Assembly (NCBI GenBank): GCA_963818475.1 | Contig: CAWFSF010000006.1 | Coordinates: 896,001-960,000 of the forward strand | Source of the DNA: Nitrospirota bacterium | GTDB taxonomy: Bacteria; Nitrospirota; UBA9217 | Reading direction: 5' to 3' | Length of the DNA stretch: 64,000 nucleotides | Shown here: positions 20,425-31,523 of the stretch, in pieces | Numbering within the stretch: position 1 is the first letter of the stretch | How the letters are laid out: each line of letters starts with the position of its first letter | Notes under the pieces: model-generated | The model's database searches: none | Told to the model about the DNA's origin: nothing | The model's input: only the letters and a program-made list of their open reading frames with translations | Position numbers and translations under genes: made by a program

Positions 20425-21885
20425 ATGGAGTTATACGAGCGGACAATTCATGATTTGCACGATATGCTGAAGAAGGGCGACACCACGTCCGAGGCCCTCA
20501 CGGAATCCGTCCTCGGCAGGATAGCTGCCGTGGACGACAAGGTCAAGGCCTATATCACGGTCACGGCCGATATTGCCCGGCAGCAGGCGAAGGAAGCGGA
20601 CAAGCGGTTGAAGGCCGGAGACAACTCCTCGCCGCTCCTCGGCATACCGCTGGCGATCAAGGACAACATGTGCACCGAGGGCATTGCGACGACCTGCGCC
20701 TCGAAGATCCTGAAGAACTTCATCCCCCCCTATGATGCGACAGTGGTTTCGCGGCTGAAGCAGGCCGGTGCCGTGATCTGCGGCAAACCGAACATGGATG
20801 AGTTCGCCATGGGCTCGTCAACGGAGAATTCCGGATTCTTTGCCACGAAGAACCCCTGGGACCTCAGCCGGATCCCGGGCGGATCGAGCGGCGGGTCGGC
20901 TGCCGCGGTCGCTGCTGACGAATGCATCGGGTCCCTCGGTTCGGACACGGGCGGGTCCATCCGTCAGCCTGCTGCCTGCTGCGGCGTGGTGGGTCTCAAA
21001 CCGACCTACGGCCGGGTGTCGCGGTTCGGTCTGGTGGCTTTTGCATCGTCCCTGGACCAGATCGGCCCCATTACGAAGGACGTAACGGATACGGCGATAA
21101 TAATGAACGCAATCGCCGGACATGATCCCCGGGACTCAACATCGGCGAATATCCCGATGCCCGATTTCACTAAGGCGCTCAAAAAAGACCTGCAGGGCAT
21201 GAAGATCGGTCTGCCCAAGGAGTATTTCATCGAAGGCATGGACCCCGGAGTGGACAAGGCCATGAAAGCCGCTGTCCAGACGCTCAAGGGGCTCGGGGCG
21301 ACGCTGGTGGAGGTCTCGCTGCCGCACACGGACTATGCAGTGGCAACGTACTATATCCTTGCCACGTCCGAGGCAAGTTCCAATCTGGCACGCTATGACG
21401 GCATCAAGTACGGGTTTCGTGCTGAAGGCGCCAAAGATCTGCTCGACCTGTACATGAAGTCGCGCTCCCAGGGGTTCGGCCCCGAGGTCAAGCGGCGCAT
21501 CATGCTCGGCACCTATGCGCTCTCGGCTGGGTACTATGACGCGTACTACAAAAAAGGACAGCAGGCGCGCACGCTGATCAAAAAGGACTTTGATGACGCA
21601 TTCAAGGTCTGCGACGTTATCGCCACGCCAACGGCGCCGACGGCTGCGTTCAAGATCGGCGAGAAATCGTCGGACCCGCTTCAGATGTATCTGTCCGACA
21701 TCTTCACGATCAGCGTGAACCTGGCAGGCATCCCGGGGATATCGATCCCCTGCGGGTTCACGGGCAATGACCTTCCGGTGGGCCTGCAGCTGCTCGGTAA
21801 ACATTTTGACGAGGAGTCGATCCTGAGGGCAGCCTTCGCTTATGAGCAGGCCACGGAGTGGCACAGGAAAAAACCGAAACTGTAA
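20425..21885 (+). CDS. gatA: Asp/Glu-tRNA amidotransferase subunit A
   Basis: Amidase signature [44 protein letters not shown]. Confidence 0.97.
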   Translation: MELYERTIHDLHDMLKKGDTTSEALTESVLGRIAAVDDKVKAYITVTADIARQQAKEADKRLKAGDNSSPLLGIPLAIKDNMCTEGIATTCASKILKNFIPPYDATVVSRLKQAGAVICGKPNMDEFAMGSSTENSGFFATKNPWDLSRIPGGSSGGSAAAVAADECIGSLGSDTGGSIRQPAACCGVVGLKPTYGRVSRFGLVAFASSLDQIGPITKDVTDTAIIMNAIAGHDPRDSTSANIPMPDFTKALKKDLQGMKIGLPKEYFIEGMDPGVDKAMKAAVQTLKGLGATLVEVSLPHTDYAVATYYILATSEASSNLARYDGIKYGFRAEGAKDLLDLYMKSRSQGFGPEVKRRIMLGTYALSAGYYDAYYKKGQQARTLIKKDFDDAFKVCDVIATPTAPTAAFKIGEKSSDPLQMYLSDIFTISVNLAGIPGISIPCGFTGNDLPVGLQLLGKHFDEESILRAAFAYEQATEWHRKKPKL

Positions 21886-21978
21886 CGACAGTGTCCAGGA
21901 TTCAGGGGCCAGGGTCCAGGTGGGCGCCCCCTGCGTGGCGACTTTATTGCGGATTACCATACGAAGAGGTAGATCATC

Positions 21979-23409
21979 ATGAAATATGAAGCAGTGATCG
22001 GGCTTGAAGTGCATGCCCAGCTCCAGACGAAGACCAAGATATTCTGCGGCTGCGAGACCAAATTCGGCGAAGATGCCAACACGAGGACCTGTCCCGTCTG
22101 CATCGGCATGCCCGGCGTGCTGCCGGTCCTGAACCGGAAGGCCGTCGAGTACATTGTCAAGACCGGCCTGTCCACGCACGGGAAGGTAAGCCCCTCCAGC
22201 CGGTTCGCTCGCAAGAACTATTTCTACCCCGATCTGCCGAAGGGGTATCAGATCTCGCAGTACGAGCTGCCGATCATCGAGGGCGGCCATGTCGAGATCG
22301 TCATCGACGGGAACGTAAAGCGCATCGGCATCACCCGCATCCACCTCGAGGAGGACGCTGGCAAGAACCTGCACCAGTCAGCCGGAAACGCAAGCCTGGT
22401 TGATCTGAACCGGGCTGGGACGCCGCTCATGGAGATCGTGTCGGAACCCGATATCAGGACCGCAGAAGAAGCGTCTGAGTATCTCAAAAAGCTCCGCTCC
22501 ATCCTGCGCTACATCGAGGTGTCGGACGCGGACATGGAAAAGGGCAATTTCCGGTGCGATGCCAATGTCTCGATCCGTCCCGTCGGCGCCAGTGAGTTTG
22601 GCACCCGGGCCGAGATCAAGAACGTGAACTCCTTCAAGTTCGTTCAAAAAGCGATCGAGTATGAGATCAAGCGACAGGCGCAGATCCTTGACGAGGGCGG
22701 CCGGGTCATTCAAGAGACGCGGCTTTTCGATTCGAACAAGGGCGTTACCTTCTCGATGCGGAGCAAAGAAGAGGCGCACGACTACCGGTATTTTCCCGAA
22801 CCGGACCTGGTTCCTGTCAAGATCTCAGCTGAAACGATCGAAGAGATCAGAAAATCCATTCCCGAACTGCCCGACGCGAAGCGTGAGCGGTTTGCCAAGG
22901 ACTATGGCCTTCCCGAATATGATGCCGATATGCTCACCCAGAGCAGGGCCATGGCAGGCTATTTCGAGGATGCGGCGAGGCTTTCGAACCAACCCAAGAC
23001 CGTATCGAACTGGATGATGGGGGAACTGATGCGGCTGCTCAATGCCGACGGCAGGGAGATCGATGACAGCCCGATCAAACCGGACCGTCTTGCGGGTTTG
23101 ATCAAGATGATCGACAGCGGCGTGATCAGCATCAAGATCGCCAAGACCGTGTTCGAGGAGATGTACAAGAACGGAAAGGATGCGGAGACCGTTGTTCAAG
23201 AACAGGGGCTGGTGCAGGTATCGGATACAGGAGCCATTGAAACGATCATCGACGAGGTTATCAAAGCGAATCCCGGTCAGGCTGCTGAGTACAGGGCGGG
23301 CAAGGACAAGCTGTTCGGATTTTTTGTGGGCCAGGTTATGAAAGCGAGCAAGGGCAAGGCGAACCCGGATGTGGTTAACCAGCTTCTGAAACAGAAATTG
23401 AGCGAATAG
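21979..23409 (+). CDS. gatB: Asp/Glu-tRNA amidotransferase subunit B
   Basis: [45 protein letters not shown], YqeY-like tail. Confidence 0.97.
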   Translation: MKYEAVIGLEVHAQLQTKTKIFCGCETKFGEDANTRTCPVCIGMPGVLPVLNRKAVEYIVKTGLSTHGKVSPSSRFARKNYFYPDLPKGYQISQYELPIIEGGHVEIVIDGNVKRIGITRIHLEEDAGKNLHQSAGNASLVDLNRAGTPLMEIVSEPDIRTAEEASEYLKKLRSILRYIEVSDADMEKGNFRCDANVSIRPVGASEFGTRAEIKNVNSFKFVQKAIEYEIKRQAQILDEGGRVIQETRLFDSNKGVTFSMRSKEEAHDYRYFPEPDLVPVKISAETIEEIRKSIPELPDAKRERFAKDYGLPEYDADMLTQSRAMAGYFEDAARLSNQPKTVSNWMMGELMRLLNADGREIDDSPIKPDRLAGLIKMIDSGVISIKIAKTVFEEMYKNGKDAETVVQEQGLVQVSDTGAIETIIDEVIKANPGQAAEYRAGKDKLFGFFVGQVMKASKGKANPDVVNQLLKQKLSE

Positions 23410-23463
23410 CAGTCTCAGGCAACAGCGAAGCGAAAATTCAAACAATCGGTAGGGGGACAAGCA

Positions 23464-24159
23464 ATGCTGAAACAAGTGCACAAACATATGAACTGGCTTA
23501 TGTGGGGCATCGTCATCCTGATCACGGTCACGTTCCTGTTCTTCGGGATCTATCCGTCCAGTACGACCGGCAACACGGTGGCCAACGTGAACGGCGACGT
23601 TATCACCGGTGAGGACCTGAACCGGGTGTACCGGAACCTGTACGATACGTATAAACAGATATTCAAGGACCAGTTCAACGAGGCTATGACGAAGACCCTC
23701 AGAACACAGGCTTTGCGCGAGCTGGTGCAGAACAGGCTCCTGGTCCAGGAAGCAGGCCGCATGGGCCTCAGGATCAGCGATGACGAGCTCCGGGGCGCTA
23801 TCCTGAAGATCCCCGCCTTCAGCCCGCAGGGCAAATTCGACCAGAAGACCTATGAATACTATCTGCAGCGCGAGAATATAACCCCGGCTGTGTTCGAAAC
23901 AGAACAGCGGGAGTTCATGCTGAGGAAGAAGCTGGAGAGCCTGATCGAGGACAGCGTGGATGTGACCGATGCGGAACTTGCAGCGGCATATGCATTGTCG
24001 AACCCGAAGGCCAAAGCCGGCGACCTCGAGAAGAACAAGGAGTCTTTCAAGAAGGGGCAGTTGCAGAAGAAGCGGAGCGAGGCGCGAGACGCTTTTGTCC
24101 GCGGGCTGGAGAGCAAGGGCAAGGTGGTCCTGAACGATAAGGCATTGGCAGCGAGCTGA
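23464..24159 (+). CDS. SurA N-terminal-domain membrane-anchored chaperone (PpiD-like, no parvulin domain)
   Basis: N-terminal TM helix, VANVNGDVIT, LLVQEAGRMGLRISDDEL, IPAF...GKFD. Confidence 0.75.
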   Translation: MLKQVHKHMNWLMWGIVILITVTFLFFGIYPSSTTGNTVANVNGDVITGEDLNRVYRNLYDTYKQIFKDQFNEAMTKTLRTQALRELVQNRLLVQEAGRMGLRISDDELRGAILKIPAFSPQGKFDQKTYEYYLQRENITPAVFETEQREFMLRKKLESLIEDSVDVTDAELAAAYALSNPKAKAGDLEKNKESFKKGQLQKKRSEARDAFVRGLESKGKVVLNDKALAAS

Positions 24160-24303
24160 TCAGATCGTCGCTTCCCACGCAAGATCGCCGATCATCTCCC
24201 CTTGAACGAATTTCCTGATCTGCAGTCAGGACCGCGTCAGGCTGGTCTATAAGCGGAGCCCCTGTGGGCTCCGCTTCCACTCGCACTTATCAGACGTTAG
24301 TCC

Positions 24304-24503
24304 GATAATCCTAAAAACATCCTTTGACACTGATCAAATCGGATAAGAGTCGGATAACGGCGGATTTTTTCCTGATACATGGTTCACCCAATAAGTGAGT
24401 GCGTTGTTTACGATTTATCCGCTTTTATCCGTTGTTAATCCGCTCCTTCCGTGTCCAAATGCTTTTTTCAGGATAATTCCGTGTCAAGTGCTTTTTAGGG
24501 TGA
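24304..24503. repeat. Nested intergenic palindromes with CGGATAA/TTATCCG units
   Basis: Arms GACACTGAT..CGGATAA.. / ..TTATCCG..CCGTGTC; similar elements at ~30232-30316 and ~44545-44725. Confidence 0.6.
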
Positions 24504-24508
24504 CGGGC

Positions 24509-25909
24509 TTATGGCGCCAATCGCTCCTCCAACGCTCCGAAGAGATGGATGACGCTGCGGCATGCCCGCTCCCAATCCTCGATCAGCAGGCTTTCGTTCA
24601 CGGAATGCGTTGCGGAGTAGGGGTCGCTGACGCTGAAAAGCAGGGCCGGAACGCCGCCGAGCGCATCAGTGATCGTCTGCACGAATGGAATGGATCCGCC
24701 GGCCCCGATGACCACGGGCTTTCTGCCATAACCCTGCTCCAAAGCATGCAGAGCTGCTTCGAAGGCCGGTCCGCTGGTATCGGTCTTCCACCAGGGCGAA
24801 GACGATTCCGGATCGATTGTCACGGTTACTCCCCAGGGAGCATGAGCGCGCAGATAGCGGGTGAGCAGGTCCAGGGTCTCCTGCGGATCCATGTCCGGAA
24901 CGATCCTGATGCCGACACGGGCCCACGCCGCGTCGTTGATGATGTTTGCCGCCTGCTTTCTGCTGCTGGCTTCAACGGCGTTCACGGCGATGGAGGGGCG
25001 GTGCCACATCTTTTCGTAGACCGAGCCTGCGCCGCCGGTGATCCGCACGCTCTCCAGCAGGGTGGACTGCTTCCGGTACAGGGCTTCGCGGAACGGGAGC
25101 GCATCGAGCGCGGCCTTTTCCTCAGGGGAAAGGGGATGCACCTTGTCGCACAAACCGGGTATGGCCGGCCGGCCCTGATCATCCACCAGCGCTGCCAGCA
25201 TTTTTGAGAGTGCCAGGACGGGGTCCGGCAGAGGTCCGCCCCAGGTGCCTGAATGGACGCTTGAAGCCAGGGAACGGACCTCGACGTTCACGGTCACCGT
25301 GCCGCGGAGCGAAGCCGTAAGGGTCGGCACGTTGCTGTCGAAATGCTCGCTGTCCGCGATCAGCACCACATCGGCTGCGAAGAGCTCGCGATGCTGCTCC
25401 AGCAGCTTGTACAGATTGGTCGATCCGATCTCCTCTTCGCCCTCGATCAGGACCTTGACATTGATCGGCAGCCGGCCGGATGTGGCCAGGTACGACCGGA
25501 TCGCAGCAGCGTGCATGACCGCGCCGCCCTTGTCATCGGCGGTTCCCCGTCCGTAAAGCCTGCCGTTCCGAACGATTGGTTCAAAGGGCGGCGTTGTCCA
25601 GAGCGCCTCGCGCCCTGTCGGCTGGACATCGTGGTGGGCGTACAGAAGAATGGTCGGCTTTCCGGGCGCCTCAGTCCATTGCCCGAAGACCGCAGGATGC
25701 CCCTGGCCGGGATCAAGGATGCGGACATCCGTGAGCCCGCTTGCAGCGAGCATGCGGGAGGTGAACTCCGCACTCTGCCTGACCGGTGCCGGGTCAAACC
25801 CGGGGAAACTGATGCTGGGGATCCGGACCAGTTCTTTCAGATCGTCGAGATAGGATGATCGCGCTTTGTCGAAGTGCGCAAGGGCTGAGGCAAGATGGCT
25901 GCTGTTCAT
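24509..25909 (-). CDS. M20/M25/M40 family metallopeptidase (dipeptidase-like)
   Basis: LYAHHDVQP, LYGRGTADDKG, IEGEEEIGS, GGSIPF, HSVNE. Confidence 0.92.
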   Translation of the reverse strand: MNSSHLASALAHFDKARSSYLDDLKELVRIPSISFPGFDPAPVRQSAEFTSRMLAASGLTDVRILDPGQGHPAVFGQWTEAPGKPTILLYAHHDVQPTGREALWTTPPFEPIVRNGRLYGRGTADDKGGAVMHAAAIRSYLATSGRLPINVKVLIEGEEEIGSTNLYKLLEQHRELFAADVVLIADSEHFDSNVPTLTASLRGTVTVNVEVRSLASSVHSGTWGGPLPDPVLALSKMLAALVDDQGRPAIPGLCDKVHPLSPEEKAALDALPFREALYRKQSTLLESVRITGGAGSVYEKMWHRPSIAVNAVEASSRKQAANIINDAAWARVGIRIVPDMDPQETLDLLTRYLRAHAPWGVTVTIDPESSSPWWKTDTSGPAFEAALHALEQGYGRKPVVIGAGGSIPFVQTITDALGGVPALLFSVSDPYSATHSVNESLLIEDWERACRSVIHLFGALEERLAP

Positions 25910-26093
25910 GGAGGGCTCCTTCGTGAGTTATCGTATCGGAAATTATACGTGAGATAATCCGGTTGTCAACTCGTACATTCTATTCATGTTGAGGCTGATA
26001 CCCATGGTCCTATTCTTTAGAGTCTTCAGCCTTCAGTCCGTCGACCTGAATTGTGAGTATTCATTCTAAGCCGCAACAGTACTACCTTCCCCG

Positions 26094-26657
26094 TCACTTC
26101 CTGGAATGGGCCTTCTTGTACTCGATCGGTCTTTCGGTCAGCCCCTTCGGTCCCCAGATGCCCGAACGGTTCTCCCGCGCCGCATATTGTGCTTTTTTCA
26201 GACGGTCCATATGCTTGCTGTTGGGCTGGATCGTGAACAGGACGGCGTAGCCGTCTTTGAGCATCAGCTCATTGATCAAGGTCCTGTCGTCCAGCCAGAG
26301 ATAGGCTAGAAGACGGTCATATTTGTCGTACTTCGTTATGTCCGTTTCCACATGGACCATTCCGCCTGATGCTTTTATAATCTCACGCAGATGCTTCTTT
26401 GCCTTCCTTCCCCAGGGTTTCTGGCCCATTTCGGGAGCATCGATGCCGATAAGCCTGGTCCGGTATGTTTTGCCTTCCATGCGCATGACCACCGTATCGC
26501 CGTCGTTCACGTCGATGATCCTGGCCCCCGGCAATTCGCTGCCCGCCCGGACCGGTGACGCGAGAACGGACAGGCAGAACATGATCGCGGCAAGATGCAG
26601 GGCATATCGCCTGCTGATCCGGTACGTGACCATACGTCTATTGTTCATCCAGAACAT
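26094..26657 (-). CDS. Thermonuclease (SNase) family protein
   Basis: DGDTV, RLIGIDAPE, DKYDRLLAY, AARENRSGIW; RBS AAGGAG before 26657. Confidence 0.9.
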   Translation of the reverse strand: MFWMNNRRMVTYRISRRYALHLAAIMFCLSVLASPVRAGSELPGARIIDVNDGDTVVMRMEGKTYRTRLIGIDAPEMGQKPWGRKAKKHLREIIKASGGMVHVETDITKYDKYDRLLAYLWLDDRTLINELMLKDGYAVLFTIQPNSKHMDRLKKAQYAARENRSGIWGPKGLTERPIEYKKAHSRK

Positions 26658-26748
26658 GGCCGGCTCTCCTTTGTTTATGAACAGTGAGCTTGCTGCAGTG
26701 TTCAACTATCTCATACCGTACTCCTGAAAACAAGCGAAAAATACCGTA

Positions 26749-26802
26749 TTGACATCGAGCAGCAACGTGATCTATAATGTAAGTGAACATTTACTTACAT
26801 TA
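26749..26802 (+). promoter_or_regulatory. Sigma70 promoter with overlapping palindromic operator (probable TetR site)
   Basis: TTGACA 26749-26754, TATAAT 26773-26778; perfect IR TAATGTAAGT-N8-ACTTACATTA at 26775-26802. Confidence 0.8.
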
Positions 26803-26809
26803 GAAGGAC

Positions 26810-27442
26810 GTGAGCCTGATGCGAAAAACAACGATCAAGATGCGGAGTGAAGTGCGGCGGGAGCAGGTGGTCCAGGCCGCACTGAAGATCGTGGGGAAAA
26901 AAGGCGTGGGCGGCTTGACGACCTCAGCCATCGCGCGCGCGGTCGGTGTTTCCGAGGCCAACCTCTACCGCCATTTCAAGAACAAGGAAGAGATTTTGTT
27001 CGAGACTGGAAAGGGCATCGGAGCCGCCATCAGGAAAAACCTTGAGGTCGTTCTTGCCACTCCCGTGAGGCCGGTCCTCAAGCTCAAACGAGTTTTTCTT
27101 TTGCATCTTGAGTTTATCGAAAAGAACGAAGGGATTCCCCGCCTTGGCTTTTCCGAGGAGATGCACATCAATAATAAAAGGTTGAAAAAGGAATTTTTAA
27201 AGAACATTGAGCTGTATGCTTCTGGCCTGGAAGCACTTTTCCGTGACGCACAGCGCATTGGCTCTATTCGCCGGGATGTCGACCGCAAGGCGCTGGCGGC
27301 CATGCTTATCGGCATGGTGCAAGTCCTGGTCATGCGATGGTCCTTGAGCGGATTCTCGTTCTCTCTCACGTCAGAGGGTGCGAAACTCTGGAAAAACTAC
27401 GAGAAGTGCATTACGCCCGGTGAAAAAGTGAGGAGACAGTGA
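26810..27442 (+). CDS. TetR/AcrR family transcriptional regulator
   Basis: HTH IARAVGVSEANLYRHFKNKEEI. Confidence 0.92.
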   Translation: MSLMRKTTIKMRSEVRREQVVQAALKIVGKKGVGGLTTSAIARAVGVSEANLYRHFKNKEEILFETGKGIGAAIRKNLEVVLATPVRPVLKLKRVFLLHLEFIEKNEGIPRLGFSEEMHINNKRLKKEFLKNIELYASGLEALFRDAQRIGSIRRDVDRKALAAMLIGMVQVLVMRWSLSGFSFSLTSEGAKLWKNYEKCITPGEKVRRQ

Positions 27443-27443
27443 A

Positions 27444-28274
27444 ATGAAAAAAAGAGTGTTTGTCGTGGGGATTCTTCTCGCAGCGGGCATTGCCACCACA
27501 GTGGTCTATCGCTTCGCAAATTCTCCGGAGCAAGACGCCTTGGTATTGTCGGGAAACGTGGAGGTGACCGAGGTGAATGTGGGCTTCAAGCTTCCGGGGA
27601 GAGTTCAGACATTGTTTGCCGATGAAGGGCGATCAGTGAAAAAAGGCGACAAGCTTGCCGTGCTCGATGGAGCGGAATATGAGGCTCAGGTGGCACAGAG
27701 CAGGGCTGCGCTTCAGAATGTGAATGCACAGCTCGATAAAGCGAAGAGAGACTATGACCGGGCGGAGAAGCTCAATAAAGAAGAAGCCATTTCCCAACAG
27801 CAGATGGATGGCGCGAGAACTGCATACGATATGACGCTTGCGCAGGTACAGCAAGCGAGGGCAACGCTCAAGAATGCCGATGTAAAATTAAGCGATACCG
27901 TAATTTATGCCCCCATTTCGGGCATCGTGCTCAAAAAAAATGTGGAGGAGGGTGAAACCGTGTCCTCGGGCACCTCTATCGTGACGATCGGAGATCTGGA
28001 AAAGCCGTGGGTAAAAGTTTACCTGAAAGAGGACAAACTCGGATTCGTGAAGCTGGGACAGAAGGTCGAGGTCACAACTGACACCTATCCGGGTAAAAGG
28101 TATTCGGGTTCGGTCACGTTCATTTCATCGGAAGCGGAATTCACTCCGAAAGCAGTGCAAACTCAGGAAGAACGGGTGAAACTCGTCTTCGGCGTAAAGG
28201 TCAGCGTTGAAAATCAAGATGATGAACTGAAGCCAGGCATGCCGGCTGACGTGGAGATTCTTTTAAAATACTAG
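27444..28274 (+). CDS. HlyD-family membrane fusion protein (YbhG-like)
   Basis: IYAPISGIV, ISSEAEFTPK, LKPGMPADV. Confidence 0.9.
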   Translation: MKKRVFVVGILLAAGIATTVVYRFANSPEQDALVLSGNVEVTEVNVGFKLPGRVQTLFADEGRSVKKGDKLAVLDGAEYEAQVAQSRAALQNVNAQLDKAKRDYDRAEKLNKEEAISQQQMDGARTAYDMTLAQVQQARATLKNADVKLSDTVIYAPISGIVLKKNVEEGETVSSGTSIVTIGDLEKPWVKVYLKEDKLGFVKLGQKVEVTTDTYPGKRYSGSVTFISSEAEFTPKAVQTQEERVKLVFGVKVSVENQDDELKPGMPADVEILLKY

Positions 28275-28302
28275 CTTGGATTTTGCCCAAAGGGTTGAAT
28301 TA

Positions 28303-29220
28303 ATGAGTGAAGGGATAATCAAAACAGTAAATCTCACCAAATCGTTTGGTGGCAATACAGCTGTTGATCGCCTGAATCTCGACATCCGAAAAGGTGAGCT
28401 CTACGGACTTGTGGGGCCGGACGGAGCGGGGAAGACGACGACGATGAGGCTTCTCACGGCCATCATGGACACGACGTCGGGCGACGCTTCGGTTGCGGGG
28501 CACTCAATTCTCTCGGAAGGCGAGTTGATCAAGGAAAAGATCGGGTATATGTCCCAGCGGTTCGGCCTGTACGAAGACCTGACCGTCATGGAGAACATCA
28601 TCTTCTATGCCGATATTTATGAGGTGCCCGGGAAAGAACGGCCTGCCCGGATAGAGCGGCTGCTCGGGTTCAGCAACCTGACGCCGTTCAAGGATAGACT
28701 GGCCGGCAAGCTCTCGGGCGGGATGAAACAGAAGCTCGGCCTCGCCTGCGCGCTGATCCATACTCCCGAGGTCCTGTTCCTTGATGAACCGACAAACGGC
28801 GTTGACCCGGTTTCTCGCAGGGACTTCTGGAAGATACTGTACGGTCTTCTCAAGGAGGGAGTGACGATCATGGTGTCGACAGCCTATCTTGATGAGGCTG
28901 AGCGGTGCACCAGGATCGGCTTGATGCACAAAGGAAAGATACTGATCGAGGACGTTCCGAAGAACGTCAGAAGCTCTCTCCATCAGCCCATGATCGAGGT
29001 GTGGTCGGACAATGCGCGTTCATCCATCGATCTGGTGAAAAATCTGGGAGGGGTGACCAGTGTGAGCTTGTATGGGGATCGGCTGCATATTACGGTTGAG
29101 AAAAAAGTGCCGGCTGCCGAGATCATCGCCAACCTGAAACGCCTCGATATAGACGTAAAGGATTATCGGGAGATTCTTCCATCACTGGAGGACGTATTTA
29201 TTACGATGGTGGAGAAGTAA
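28303..29220 (+). CDS. ABC transporter ATP-binding protein (YbhF-like half 1)
   Basis: GPDGAGKTT, LSGGMKQK, LDEPTNGVDP. Confidence 0.92.
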   Translation: MSEGIIKTVNLTKSFGGNTAVDRLNLDIRKGELYGLVGPDGAGKTTTMRLLTAIMDTTSGDASVAGHSILSEGELIKEKIGYMSQRFGLYEDLTVMENIIFYADIYEVPGKERPARIERLLGFSNLTPFKDRLAGKLSGGMKQKLGLACALIHTPEVLFLDEPTNGVDPVSRRDFWKILYGLLKEGVTIMVSTAYLDEAERCTRIGLMHKGKILIEDVPKNVRSSLHQPMIEVWSDNARSSIDLVKNLGGVTSVSLYGDRLHITVEKKVPAAEIIANLKRLDIDVKDYREILPSLEDVFITMVEK

Positions 29221-29255
29221 GTATTGTGGATTTCGGATCGCGGATTTAAAAAAAC

Positions 29256-30188
29256 ATGACAAATATTCAAGACAACATCGCCGTTAAGGTTGGAGGCCTC
29301 ACGCGCACGTTCGGTGATTTCACGGCAGTTGATGACATCGATCTGGATGTGGCGAAAGGGGAGATCTTCGGATTCCTCGGACCGAACGGCGCCGGCAAGT
29401 CTACAACGATCCGCATGCTCTGCGGACTGATACTGCCTACGTCCGGGACCGGGATTGTGGGCGGTTTCGACATCATTACCCAGTCCGAGGAGATCAAGCA
29501 GAACATCGGCTACATGTCGCAGAAATTCTCTCTCTACGACGATCTGACGGTCGAGGAAAATATCAACTTTTATAGCGGCATCTACAGCGTTCCTGAACTG
29601 AAGAAAACGGAGCGCAAGGAATGGATCCTGGGAATGGCGGGGCTTCAGGACAAGAGGAGCACCATCACGCGGACCTTGCCGGGCGGTTTCAAACAGCGGC
29701 TCGCCCTTGGCTGCGCCATTCTGCACGAGCCGTCGATACTGTTCCTTGATGAGCCCACTTCGGGCGTAGACCCGATATCGCGCAGGAACTTTTGGAATCT
29801 GATCCATGAGATGGCAAAAGGCGGGACCACGATATTCGTCACGACACACTACATGGATGAGGCTGACTATTGCGACCGGCTTGCACTCATTTACCGGGGC
29901 AAGATCATCGCTGAAGGGACGCCGAATCAGCTGCGCAAGGAGTACATGTCGCGCGACGTTCTCGAGATAGATGCGGAACCGCTCGTCGCAGCCATGGAAG
30001 CCCTTGATCAACAGGGGATCGAGACCGCGATATTCGGCAGCGTGCTCCATGCTACGGTGGAGAACGCGAAAAACGCCATACCACGTATTTGGAAGATCCT
30101 GGGCGAAGCTCATGTAGCGGTAAGCAGGATCGAAAAGATCGTTCCCTCGCTGGAAGATGTGTTTGTGACGCTGATTGAAGTGTCATGA
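29256..30188 (+). CDS. ABC transporter ATP-binding protein (YbhF-like half 2)
   Basis: GPNGAGKST, LDEPTSGVDP, VTTHYMDEA. Confidence 0.92.
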   Translation: MTNIQDNIAVKVGGLTRTFGDFTAVDDIDLDVAKGEIFGFLGPNGAGKSTTIRMLCGLILPTSGTGIVGGFDIITQSEEIKQNIGYMSQKFSLYDDLTVEENINFYSGIYSVPELKKTERKEWILGMAGLQDKRSTITRTLPGGFKQRLALGCAILHEPSILFLDEPTSGVDPISRRNFWNLIHEMAKGGTTIFVTTHYMDEADYCDRLALIYRGKIIAEGTPNQLRKEYMSRDVLEIDAEPLVAAMEALDQQGIETAIFGSVLHATVENAKNAIPRIWKILGEAHVAVSRIEKIVPSLEDVFVTLIEVS

Positions 30189-30361
30189 TATTTGTTCATT
30201 GGAGATTATCAGAGGAACGCTTTAAAAAGCCTGGACACAGATAAGGGCTGATTTATTATGATTCAAACAGATAAATCTTCTAAAAATCATATCGTTTCAG
30301 TGTAAATCTGTGTCAAGGTTTGGCCTGTAAGTCTCCGTGTCTCCATGAAAAAGGTTGTCTT

Positions 30362-31472
30362 ATGAAGTTTCTAAGAGTCAAAGCCATTGCGAAAAAAGAA
30401 ATGCTCCAGATCCGGCGCGATCCGTTGAGCCTTGCCATGGCGTTTCTGATGCCCGCTCTTCTTCTTATCATCTTCGGATACGCCATCACCCTCGACGTGA
30501 ATAATCTCACGACTATCGTCTACGACCGCGACCGGAGCAGCATGAGCCGGGAATTCATAGCTGAACTTACCGCTTCCGGGTATTTTACCATCGTCCGACA
30601 GCGCCGAGACGCCGCAAGAGATCGACAGCTATCTCGATAAGGGCAAGGCTCGCGTCGCTATCTCCATTCCTGATGATTTTTCACGGGACATACATGCCGA
30701 ACGCACGGCGCAGCTGCAGATCATTGTGGACGGGAGCGACTCGAATACCGCCACCATCGCCCTCGGTTATCTTACTGCGCTTACGGAACGCTATTCTCTG
30801 AAGTTGAGTGGAGGCAAGGCCGCGCCAGTCATCGATATCCGTATCCGGGTATGGTACAATCCGGAACTCAAGTCCAGGAACTTCATCATCCCCGGCCTCA
30901 TCGCGGTGATCATGGTGGTGATCGCGGCGCTTCTCACGTCGCTTACGGTGGCGCGTGAGTGGGAGCGAGGGACCATGGAGCAGCTTATCGCCACGCCCGT
31001 TAAGCCGCCGGAGCTGGTCCTCGGAAAGCTCATCCCGTATTTTCTCATCGGTTATCTGGACATGGCGATCACGGTGGTCATGGCGGTGTTCCTGTTTGAG
31101 GTCCCGCTCCGGGGGAATGTAGCACTTCTTGCCGTGATCTCGGCGGTGTTTCTCTTCGGCGGGCTCGGCCTCGGGATCCTCATTTCCATCGTAACAAAAA
31201 ACCAGCTTGTAGCGAGTCAGATCTCGATGGTTGCGACCTTTCTTCCGGCTTTTCTGCTCTCGGGGTTCATGTTTGCCATATCGAACATGCCGCCGGTGCT
31301 CCAGGCGGTAACGCGGATCGTACCCGCACGATATTTTGTCGCTGTACTGAAAGGCATCTTTCTCAAAGGCAACCCGTTGCGGCTCCTTTTGCCGAACGCG
31401 ATATTTCTGCTCATTTTCGGGCTGCTTACGTTCGTTGCAGCGAACCGGAAGTTTAAAAAGAAAATAGAATAA
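30362..31472 (+). CDS. ABC-2 permease (YbhS-like), apparent +1 frameshift at ~30597
   Basis: KKEMLQIRRD; WYNPELKS, AREWERGTMEQL; ORFs 30320-30640 and 30726-31472 join. Confidence 0.85.
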
Positions 31473-31523
31473 ATAAGACAGGGTTCAGGGGACAGGGCAC
31501 AGGGGGCAGGAGCTTCAGAGCTT

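Noticed and set aside
26775-26802. Link between the TetR operator and the RAYT IR (shared ACTTACATT)
   Set aside because: Only a 9-nt AT-rich match in unrelated contexts; likely chance.
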